The translations under genes were made by a program, and so were the position numbers. Of a stretch of 64,000 nucleotides of DNA, positions 57,381-64,000 are shown piece after piece. The DNA is from a virus (Duplodnaviria; Caudoviricetes). The stretch spans positions 4,547-68,546 of IMG/VR virus record IMGVR_UViG_3300033073_001761. One strand, given 5' to 3'. The notes below the pieces were generated by a model that saw only the letters and a list, made by a program, of their open reading frames with translations, made no database searches and was not told the origin of the DNA. Positions within the stretch are counted from its first letter, which is position 1. Every line of letters starts with the position of its first letter.

Positions 57381-57432
57381 TTCCCACGCCTTTCGCTGCT
57401 AGATGGGGGCTCTGATTGTCCGGTGAGGGCGT

Positions 57433-57468
57433 AAAAAAGGCCGGGCACGTGGACGCGAGTGCCCGGCC
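57433..57468 (-). terminator. Intrinsic terminator
   Basis: 10-bp stem GGCCGGGCAC/GTGCCCGGCC followed by T6 on the minus strand. Confidence 0.85.
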
Positions 57469-57519
57469 AATCAAAAGTCAAATTGTCGATGGAAATCAGA
57501 GTTTCAGGATCTCAGAACC

Positions 57520-58059
57520 TCAGAACCCTTGCTCGATTGCCTTAGTCGCTCCAAGCATCGTTTGATCCTTGGGTACGTTGGCCACATCGCGATCATCGAC
57601 TTGCCAGACCGAGCCGATATCAATCGAGTGGTAGGTCACCTTGTTGCCGTCCTTTTCGGCGTCCCGGGCCCTGATCCCGATCACGAGTTGCTTGCCGATT
57701 GCCGAGCTCCAGTCGAAATCAACCTCGCCCGCACGGTCAGCAATCGCCTGCAGCTTTTCCCATGTCGCAATTCCCTGGCCGCGGATCATCGCTCCGGCTT
57801 CGACCGCCAGCGTTGCGATTTGTCGCTGGTTAATCTCTCGAGCGCGATCGTTGTTCGGCTCGTGATTGAGCCGCTCGCGGTGAGTTTGACCGACACCGTC
57901 CGGATTCGTGCCAGCGTGAGCCACAAACACAAAGACGGTGTGCGGCTCTTTGTCTCGATCTCGCTCGCTGACGACCACGTCAGTCAACGTGACGTGATAC
58001 CGGCCGGCCGGTAAAGTCTGGATCGGTTGCGGCTTGCTCATTTTTCCTGTGACGCGCAT
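57520..58059 (-). CDS. DUF669-like (ssDNA-binding-type) protein
   Basis: LPAGRYHVTLTDV...IGKQLVIGI...; start placed at ATG 58059. Confidence 0.7.
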   Translation of the reverse strand: MRVTGKMSKPQPIQTLPAGRYHVTLTDVVVSERDRDKEPHTVFVFVAHAGTNPDGVGQTHRERLNHEPNNDRAREINQRQIATLAVEAGAMIRGQGIATWEKLQAIADRAGEVDFDWSSAIGKQLVIGIRARDAEKDGNKVTYHSIDIGSVWQVDDRDVANVPKDQTMLGATKAIEQGF

Positions 58060-58234
58060 TTCTAAACCTTTCTTTCTAATGATTGTGCAACCGTTTGCAC
58101 TTCTCTTGAAATCACCTCGGGCTCTTCGTCGTCCAAGACCCAGGTCGGCGGATAGCCCAGCACCGCCAACCCAGTCAGCCAGACCGCCGCGTCGCCGTAT
58201 CGCTGAATCAGCGGTCGGTACGCGGTCGGCCAAG

Positions 58235-59179
58235 TCAGTTTCCCAGCGTCGCAATCGTGCTGAGCAGCTCCAGTGCCTGCCGCTGCTTGAGCGCCGCTGC
58301 TGATTTTGCGCCGTAGCTGCCAAGTAGCGTCGACCACTGAGATTTGACGGCAGGATTCGCCCAAGCTTTTTGCAACCGGATCAAGGTTGCAGGGTTGACG
58401 GGTGCATCGTCTGGTTCGGATTCGGGCTCTTGGCCGGCGGGAGAAGGTGCCGATTCGACCACGGCGACCACCGCTGGTGCCGATTCCGATTCCGGGAACG
58501 CATCCTTCATCGCTTCGACCAATGTTGGGCCGAGTTGCTTGGGTGGAGCTGGGGCCGGAGCGGCAGTGTCAACAACCTCCGCGACCACCGATTTAGGTTG
58601 CGTCGCGGAGTCATCCTCGCCCACCGGCGGAATCTCCGAGATTTCGTAGATACCCGACAAGATATCTGGGAATTGGCGGCGGCAAGCTCGCGAAATTGCC
58701 CTCGCGTAGTGCATGTCCCGCGGATACTGCTTGTAGGTATCCTTGCTGTCCAGTTTGGCTTTTTTCGCGTCAGTCACGCCAAAAGACACGACAACATCAG
58801 GTTTCCCGGGTCGCTTGGCGGTAACCTTGCAGTAATCGTCGGTTTCTTCGATCACGAATTCACCGCCGGCTCGGGTGGCCAAAGCTTGCATCGTGGCCGC
58901 GCCAATCACGATTTTGCCGTTGTGGATACTGATGGTCTGCAAGCTCATCATCGGAGCGATACCGAGCTCCTGTCCCGCGAGCATAATCGTCAGCGCATCC
59001 TCAGGCGTTTTGGCATTGCCAATCCGATTCGCCGACTTGGCCGCGGCATTGGCAATTACCTGCAGTCGATCAATGAAGGCCAGGTATGCGGGCGGAGCGG
59101 CTGGAGCCAGCGTCGCGGTCGCAGCTGTCACTGGGTTTGCAATCTCGATTTCCGGATTCTGGGTTGTTGTCGCTGCCAT
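58235..59179 (-). CDS. RecT-like single-strand annealing protein
   Basis: MLAGQELGIAPMMSLQTISIHNGK; YPRDMHYARAISRACRRQFPD. Confidence 0.8.
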   Translation of the reverse strand: MAATTTQNPEIEIANPVTAATATLAPAAPPAYLAFIDRLQVIANAAAKSANRIGNAKTPEDALTIMLAGQELGIAPMMSLQTISIHNGKIVIGAATMQALATRAGGEFVIEETDDYCKVTAKRPGKPDVVVSFGVTDAKKAKLDSKDTYKQYPRDMHYARAISRACRRQFPDILSGIYEISEIPPVGEDDSATQPKSVVAEVVDTAAPAPAPPKQLGPTLVEAMKDAFPESESAPAVVAVVESAPSPAGQEPESEPDDAPVNPATLIRLQKAWANPAVKSQWSTLLGSYGAKSAAALKQRQALELLSTIATLGN

Positions 59180-59420
59180 GGCTTTCTTTCCCTTCTTTTC
59201 TTTTCTCGTTTCGTCGGATCTTGATTTCCCGCGGGCCTCTCATCATCAGCCTGACCCGCGAATCAGTACTGCGGGCAGCAATCGCAATCGTAATCGGCCC
59301 GTGGTCCGTTTCGATCACGATTTCGTTCTGCGAGTGCAACGTCAGTACTAGGTTCCCGTGACCACTTTCGGGCGGTTTTTCGATCCCAATCTCCGTCCCC
59401 CGCGTCGGCGGTTCGCCCAT
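59070..59420 (-). CDS. CsrA-like RNA-binding regulator
   Basis: LVLTLHSQNEIVI...ITI...VRLMMRGPREIKIRRNE resembles the CsrA pattern; boundaries uncertain. Confidence 0.6.
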   Translation of the reverse strand: MGEPPTRGTEIGIEKPPESGHGNLVLTLHSQNEIVIETDHGPITIAIAARSTDSRVRLMMRGPREIKIRRNEKRKEGKESHGSDNNPESGNRDCKPSDSCDRDAGSSRSARIPGLH

Positions 59421-59899
59421 TTTTCCATCTCCCTTTCGGTTTCTTCGACGTCCTTCATCCGTTCGGCAATCATTGCGTCCATCTGCTCGCCGAGCGGCTT
59501 CCCTCCGTGAGCGACGACATGTTTTTCCAGGGCCGCTCGCAGCGATTTCAGCTTCACATAATTCCGGTCACCGGCGTACGTCGTCCGCAAATCGCGACCG
59601 ACGGCGGCCAGCACGGCCTCGGCGAGGGTCGTACCGCCCGACCAGTATTCGGTCTGGAATTTGCGCAGATTGCCGTGATTGCGGCGGTAGATTGACCAGC
59701 CTTCGGAGTTGACGCCCAACTCGCGGTCGAAGGTGACTAGGTAATCGTGGACCTCGGCCGGGACTGATTCGGCTCGCGATCGCGGCGGTGGTTCGAAGAT
59801 CATGGATTCGCTCCTTTGGTTAGGGTTAATCACATCTGCGAAAGTGCGTAGAAGCCGACAGCAAATCGCATGAGCGAACCCGCAAGAATCGCCCAGCAA
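59348..59899 (-). CDS. Hypothetical protein (probable start MIFEPP)
   Basis: GGAG RBS before the internal ATG; AT-hook-like C-terminus. Confidence 0.55.
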   Translation of the reverse strand: MLGDSCGFAHAICCRLLRTFADVINPNQRSESMIFEPPPRSRAESVPAEVHDYLVTFDRELGVNSEGWSIYRRNHGNLRKFQTEYWSGGTTLAEAVLAAVGRDLRTTYAGDRNYVKLKSLRAALEKHVVAHGGKPLGEQMDAMIAERMKDVEETEREMEKWANRRRGGRRLGSKNRPKVVTGT

Positions 59900-60033
59900 G
59901 TTGCTGAAAATGCGTCAACCAGCTTGCCAACCAACGATTGATCGCAGGTTGCGGATATCACTGACAGCATGCTGAGTACCACTGAAATAATGGCGACCAT
60001 GCACGCCGAGAAAGAGACGACCAAATCAATCAT
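59830..60033 (-). CDS. Small membrane protein
   Basis: AAGGA RBS; two hydrophobic segments. Confidence 0.55.
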   Translation of the reverse strand: MIDLVVSFSACMVAIISVVLSMLSVISATCDQSLVGKLVDAFSATCWAILAGSLMRFAVGFYALSQM

Positions 60034-60123
60034 TCCTTGACTCCATCAGCTCGACTAGCTCCACTTGCTCAACTAAGTTTAGCCAAATCATCTTTTGGAG
60101 TCAACTAAATTTAACCTAAAAAG

Positions 60124-60152
60124 TTGACGGATGAACTTGAGGCGCGTACGAT
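60124..60152 (+). promoter_or_regulatory. Sigma70-type promoter with overlapping CAACT/AGTTG operator-like repeats
   Basis: TTGACG-17 nt-TACGAT; TCAACT...AGTTGA inverted repeat and further CAACTAA copies nearby. Confidence 0.75.
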
Positions 60153-60199
60153 AGTTGAGTCAGTGGAGATTAAGGAACTTGCGTTGAGAAGGGATAAAG

Positions 60200-60409
60200 A
60201 TGTTCGCGGGCGATGAATGGCTCACGCTGCCTACGGTTGCCGCAGCTATTGGGGTTGATCGCGAAACTATTCGACGACGATTGTCGCGAAGTGGCCGGAA
60301 GCTAAAGAAGTTGCGTTTTCGACGGGCAGGACCGTACGGCAATAGTCCAATATTACTTCATGAATCAGCGGTATCACAACTAAAGAAGGAATACGGAATC
60401 GGGACTTAG
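60200..60409 (+). CDS. Small HTH (Cro-like) protein
   Basis: LTLPTVAAAIGVDRETIRRRL. Confidence 0.75.
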   Translation: MFAGDEWLTLPTVAAAIGVDRETIRRRLSRSGRKLKKLRFRRAGPYGNSPILLHESAVSQLKKEYGIGT

Positions 60410-60425
60410 TTTAGTTAGATCGAGA

Positions 60426-61025
60426 TTACTGCTGATGTTTATCGAGCCAGTTTATCGCAATCAGCAAGTAGGGTCGTAAAGGGGTGTTAAGTATGGATTT
60501 AGCCCGAGCTACAGCTGCATCATCTGAAGTATTAATTGACCGGTTGATTGCAGACAGCAAATCAGTGAATGATGCTGCAGTTTCTATTTCGGATGATGTT
60601 TCCTTGATTTGCGTAGTTGGTTTGTCTTGCTTTCGTCTCTGGATGTGGTCAGATCTTAATATTGACTCTGGATCATCATATCCAAACAGATTCGCTAATG
60701 GGGCAAGGAACTGCCTATTAGGTTGCCGATACTGTCCGGTTACCCATCGCGAAAAGTTTTGCGCAGATGTTCCGATTTCTTTCGCAATATCGCTCTGCAA
60801 ACGACGGGAGTTATCTATTTCCCATCGCAAGTTCTTTGCGAATGTCGAAATCTCTGGTTCGGCTAACTGCTCTCTGATTACTGCCATCTCTGCAACCTCC
60901 GGGGAATCCAATCCCGCGGCTCGCAGACTGCGCCCGGGCCAGCCTACCTCAGCGGCAGCGGCCAACCCTCGATCACGAGGGCTCTCAGCAAATCGTCGCG
61001 ACTCTCGGCGCATCATCGGGCGCAA
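60426..61025 (-). CDS. XRE-family repressor-like HTH protein
   Basis: QSDIAKEIGTSAQNFSRWVTG..RQP...LAPLANLFG. Confidence 0.8.
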   Translation of the reverse strand: MRPMMRRESRRFAESPRDRGLAAAAEVGWPGRSLRAAGLDSPEVAEMAVIREQLAEPEISTFAKNLRWEIDNSRRLQSDIAKEIGTSAQNFSRWVTGQYRQPNRQFLAPLANLFGYDDPESILRSDHIQRRKQDKPTTQIKETSSEIETAASFTDLLSAINRSINTSDDAAVARAKSILNTPLRPYLLIAINWLDKHQQ

Positions 61026-61103
61026 TCCTCCGGTCCGTCACCCAAGTGTAGGTCACCTGGCCCACGGAAACAAGTTGAACGGCTTTATCGTCTAGGTAAT
61101 CTA

Positions 61104-61739
61104 GTGTACCCGTGTTCAGTAGTCAATAGGTGCCGAAAAGGCCAAATGGGGAACCAATCTATGGGTGATCGTAATCTCCGTGGGGCGTCGCCGGCGACAA
61201 TACCAGCGACACCTAGCCGATCAAACATCGAAGATCTGTACGTCCGCTGGATGCTGCTGCAGGATGGGCGTGAGGTCTATCGGATTGCGGCAGCAAGTGA
61301 CGTTGACCATGAATTTTTTGAGGAATGCTCATCGCTAGCGGAGAATAAGCCGCCGTTGTGGATGCGACCGACGAACCGCATCGGCATGGTTGCAGATAGC
61401 ATCGGCAGCAGTTGCGGCAGCTCGATATATGGGTTCATGATCTACGACTTGCTCCCTGGCGCAATCTGGCTCCGCCACTTCGCCGTTGATCCACCTTATC
61501 GCCGACTTGGGGTCGGCCGGGTGATGCTGGCGAGACTGCTCGGCAAACTGCTCAGCAAACTGTCCCACGAGCGGCGGAACAAGATCATGGTCACGGTCCG
61601 CGAAAGCAATTTGCCGGCCCAATTGTTCTTCCGCGAGCACGGCTTCCGGGTCCGCGCTATCAAGCGGGAGTACTACAACGACACCGGCGAGGATGGGTAT
61701 GAGATGCGGTTTACGTTGCGGAGGATAATGCATGACTAA
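61104..61739 (+). CDS. GNAT acetyltransferase (RimI-like)
   Basis: FAVDPPYRRLGVGRVML; VRESNLPAQLFFREHGF; YYNDTGEDGY. Confidence 0.9.
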   Translation: MYPCSVVNRCRKGQMGNQSMGDRNLRGASPATIPATPSRSNIEDLYVRWMLLQDGREVYRIAAASDVDHEFFEECSSLAENKPPLWMRPTNRIGMVADSIGSSCGSSIYGFMIYDLLPGAIWLRHFAVDPPYRRLGVGRVMLARLLGKLLSKLSHERRNKIMVTVRESNLPAQLFFREHGFRVRAIKREYYNDTGEDGYEMRFTLRRIMHD

Positions 61740-62796
61740 CACAGAAGCTGAAATTGAAACCGGCCTACTCGAAACTATTCTCGCCGAACCGTGGGATGAA
61801 GAAAACCGGCTGGTGTACGCCGATTGGCTTGAAGAGCACAGTAATAGTAAGGCAGCGGAACTACTGCGGCTACAGATTGATCTGTCTTACTGCGACGCCG
61901 AAGATAGGCTGGATCGAGAACGGCGATTGATCGAGATCGCCGACGATTGCGATTCCATACCGGCTATCACGATCACCAATTCGATCGGCACGGAATTCGT
62001 TCTAGTTTACCCAGGCGCTTTTTTGATGGGCTCGCCAGAATCCGAACTTGACCGATGGAAAGATGAGGGACCTCAGCATCCCGTATTAGTTGACCGACCT
62101 TTCTTGATTGGACGCTATCCTGTCACGCAAGCCGAATGGGAAGCCGTGATGGGAAATAATCCAAGTTCCTTCCTGGGCGAACGCCGACCAGTCGAACGTG
62201 TAAGTTGGACCGAAGCCCAACAATTTGTCGTGAAACTCAACGAACGGCAGGATGGTTTAGTCTACCGCTTACCCACCGAGGCGGAGTGGGAGTACTGCTG
62301 CCGGGCGGGAACTACGACACGCTGGAGTTGTGGCGATGACTTGTCCCGGCTCAGTGATTACGCCGTCTTTGACGCCTTTGAGACAGCTTCAGTGGGGAGC
62401 AAACGACCTAATCCTTGGGGCTTATTCGATATGCACGGGAACGTGTGGGAGTGGTGCCAGGATTCGTATGGCCCGTATGATATCAATGTCGATGCGAGCC
62501 TTCCTTACCGCGTGATCCGCGGGGGTAGTTGGCCCTACCTTTCCCAGTACTGCCGGTCGGCGATCCGCTCCAGGTATACTGGCGGACGGCTCAGCACTCT
62601 GGGGTTCCGATTGGCCGCGGAGCCGGTGGATGAGGGCGAATCTCCTGACCACGTAGTGCGCGGGGGTAGCTGGAAGTTCGATTCCCATCACTGTCGGTCG
62701 GCGCTCCGCATCTGGAGTACGCCAGACTTCCGGAACAACATTCTGGGATTCCGGATAGTCGCCGAGCCGGCAGCTGAGGGCGGGCAGAATGAGTGA
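61732..62796 (+). CDS. TIGR02996-like domain plus FGE-sulfatase (CLec-fold) protein with duplicated C-terminal variable-region-like motif
   Basis: RLVYADWLEE; FLMGS, YPVTQAEW, RLPTEAEWEY, NPWGLFDMHGNVWEWC; two RGGSW...RSA.R...GFR motifs. Confidence 0.92.
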   Translation: MTNTEAEIETGLLETILAEPWDEENRLVYADWLEEHSNSKAAELLRLQIDLSYCDAEDRLDRERRLIEIADDCDSIPAITITNSIGTEFVLVYPGAFLMGSPESELDRWKDEGPQHPVLVDRPFLIGRYPVTQAEWEAVMGNNPSSFLGERRPVERVSWTEAQQFVVKLNERQDGLVYRLPTEAEWEYCCRAGTTTRWSCGDDLSRLSDYAVFDAFETASVGSKRPNPWGLFDMHGNVWEWCQDSYGPYDINVDASLPYRVIRGGSWPYLSQYCRSAIRSRYTGGRLSTLGFRLAAEPVDEGESPDHVVRGGSWKFDSHHCRSALRIWSTPDFRNNILGFRIVAEPAAEGGQNE

Positions 62797-63043
62797 GTTC
62801 ATGAACCCCTCGCAAGCAGCGAAGCTGCTTGGAATTAGTAGATCCTCGGTGCTGCGTTTGATCGCTGCTGGTCTGCTCCCCGCGTATCGGCCGACGAAAC
62901 GGCGGGTTGTGATCTTGGTTTCGGATATCGACGATTACCGAGATGCTTGCCGAGTGGCGAGTAAGAAGCCGGCGGCCGCGGCAGCAGCAGAAGAGAAGTC
63001 CCGAAGGCGAGTAGCGACACAAAAGTTGAAGTATTTGGGCTAG
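62789..63043 (+). CDS. Excisionase-like HTH protein
   Basis: MNPSQAAKLLGISRSSVLRLIAAGLLPAYR. Confidence 0.85.
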   Translation: MSEFMNPSQAAKLLGISRSSVLRLIAAGLLPAYRPTKRRVVILVSDIDDYRDACRVASKKPAAAAAAEEKSRRRVATQKLKYLG

Positions 63044-63057
63044 GGAGAATTGATGGC

Positions 63058-63513
63058 ATGTGTTTCGTGAACGATTACGACTGGTTTGCTGAGATTTGCG
63101 AAATCACGACCGAGGAGTCAGACGGCACTATTCAGTGCTGTGAGTGCTGGGGCAAAATCCTAAAAGGCGATAAATATCAGCGGATCTACATGCAGGAGCA
63201 TGAGGAATGCTCCGAGTGCGACGGCGACTTGTCTGGCGACGAATGCGAGCACCATTACGGCGAATCAGTAATCGACAGTACCTGCCTTCGATGCGATGCC
63301 CTGCGAGAGGCGGTTAAGGCGGTAGAGCAGGCGGAGGGGTGCGCCCCGGAAGACTCTGAACCCTGCGTCGGCGAACTCTTTGAGGCAGTCGAGAGTATGG
63401 ATGGGTGGGCTGACTATGCCTTGCGGGCCAGGGCGAAGGGGCTGTCGGCCGAGGAGGACCGCCTTTGGACGATCCATGGGGAACGGGAACTGCAGAAGAT
63501 CAAGAATGGTTAA
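63058..63513 (+). CDS. Cys-rich hypothetical phage protein
   Basis: GGAG RBS; CCECWGKI, CSEC, CLRC motifs. Confidence 0.7.
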   Translation: MCFVNDYDWFAEICEITTEESDGTIQCCECWGKILKGDKYQRIYMQEHEECSECDGDLSGDECEHHYGESVIDSTCLRCDALREAVKAVEQAEGCAPEDSEPCVGELFEAVESMDGWADYALRARAKGLSAEEDRLWTIHGERELQKIKNG

Positions 63514-63842
63514 ATGGGCTAAGGATTCCAAAACACATCATTTTCAACTAGTCAGCTGCACGCAAATTCGCGACATATAGTGGCTGACGACCCACGAATT
63601 ACAACATCTTGTGAACATTGCGTTTTGCGTTTCAGGCAATCGCAGGTAGTATTATTCCGTGGTTGCTCACGCAGCCACGCTTAGCATGGATGCCGAGCCC
63701 TAACAGAATTAAGGAGGGTTAACTCCCAATCGTCAAAACTTTGAAGATTTCTTTGTCAGTAATCACTTAGTGCCACCAATATAATTGGTGGGGAAGAGTG
63801 AAAACAACACCCAGGTGGTTGACGCCACCTGGGTGCTTAAGA

Positions 63843-63915
63843 GACGCCGTAGCCAAGTGGCTAAGGCAACCGGCCTGGAAATCGGTGAACGCGGGTTCGA
63901 GTCCCGCCGGCGTCT
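63843..63915 (+). tRNA. Atypical tRNA, anticodon GGA (Ser-decoding), short variable loop, 8-nt anticodon loop
   Basis: GACGCCG/CGGCGTC acceptor; GCC/GGC D-stem with TGG; ACCGG/TCGGT anticodon stem; GCGGG-TTCGAGT-CCCGC T-arm; discriminator T; no encoded CCA. Confidence 0.75.
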
Positions 63916-63925
63916 AAATCACGAT

Positions 63926-64000
63926 GACCGGGGAACCCAGCTGGTGCTGGGGAGCGGTTGCTACCCGTTTGAAAAGGAGTTCGACTCTCCCCCCGGTCTC
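63926..64000 (+). tRNA. Non-canonical 8/4-fold tRNA, anticodon GCT, 3' end at the window edge
   Basis: 8-bp acceptor GACCGGGG/CCCCGGTC; 6-bp D-stem CCCAGC/GCTGGG with 4-nt loop; AGCGG/CCGTT stem with loop TTGCTAC; 4-bp T-stem GGAG/CTCC with loop TTCGACT. Confidence 0.78.

Larger units (their letters stand above)
4122..58446. repeat. Dispersed repeat, consensus GCACCTTCTCCCGCCGGCC (core CCGGCGGGAGAAG)
   Basis: Exact core on + at 4122, 8452, 12551, 12776, 21545, 24290, 26942, 38831, 40386, 58434; on - at 6543, 17052, 24098, 25092, 34386, 45977, 56375; one-mismatch copies at 2395, 3553, 4616, 7867, 16881, 18574, 34107, 36118, 45341, 50970. Confidence 0.95.
1..64000. mobile_element. Tailed phage/prophage genome segment, likely Planctomycetota host; ends not visible
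   Basis: Terminase, portal, capsid, protease, MuF, tail and replication genes; dense, mostly co-oriented ORFs; no host housekeeping operon; no integrase or att site seen. Confidence 0.93.

Noticed and set aside
4122-58446. Dispersed motif as CRISPR repeats, IS ends or a pure peptide motif
   Set aside because: Spacing is irregular, there is no transposase or target duplication, and it occurs in several frames and intergenically.
31906-59250. Additional hammerhead cores at scattered CTGATGA or GTTTCGG matches
   Set aside because: The flanking stems I-III could not be formed.
229-60033. Numerous plus-strand and alternate-frame ORFs in the track (e.g. 27129..28325, 23767..24432, 10297..10929)
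   Set aside because: They are shadow ORFs of GC-rich minus-strand genes, with Arg/Pro/Ser-biased composition and no motifs.
63819-63824. TTGACG as the -35 of a tRNA promoter
   Set aside because: No -10 element at 16-18 nt spacing; kept only as a hairpin loop.
1-64000. Complete DGR cassette (RT, Avd, template repeat)
   Set aside because: No YxDD reverse transcriptase ORF and no AAC-rich copy of the variable regions were found by eye in the window.
1-64000. Integrase, att sites, holin/endolysin, tail sheath, rRNA
   Set aside because: No supporting motifs were recognised; they may lie outside the window.
1-64000. Stop-codon reassignment linked to the odd tRNAs
   Set aside because: Long genes tile the window without interruption under the standard code, and neither anticodon reads a stop codon.

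Overview
The whole window looks like one tailed phage or prophage genome segment. It has a terminase large and small subunit, a Mu-like portal, MuF, gp36 and gpG, a head protease/scaffold, a lambda gpE/gpD-type capsid, tail tube and tape-measure-like genes, and a primase-helicase/RecD2/RecT/ERCC4 replication-recombination block. The host is probably Planctomycetota, inferred from two TIGR02996-like domains, c-type-heme secreted proteins, CsrA-like and RimI-like genes and high GC. Almost everything from 1 to 60 kb is on the minus strand. No integrase, holin/endolysin, tail sheath or reverse transcriptase was recognised. Unusual items read directly from the sequence: (1) a non-palindromic DNA motif GCACCTTCTCCCGCCGGCC whose 13-bp core occurs exactly 17 times on both strands, in three different reading frames and intergenically; (2) a shared ~35-aa module starting at R/K-M-G/A in five putative head-cargo ORFs (cargo includes Nudix, zincin and hydrophobic hairpins), with the same x-M-[GAS] motif punctuating the protease/scaffold; (3) two type II hammerhead ribozymes directly after small hydrophobic ORFs; (4) an FGE-sulfatase/CLec gene with two tandem DGR-like variable regions but no RT or template in the window; (5) two non-canonical tRNAs with Ser anticodons but no long variable arm, one with an 8/4 fold; (6) a Tad1-like anti-defence domain. 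Protein family calls come from motif recognition by eye; no searches were run.
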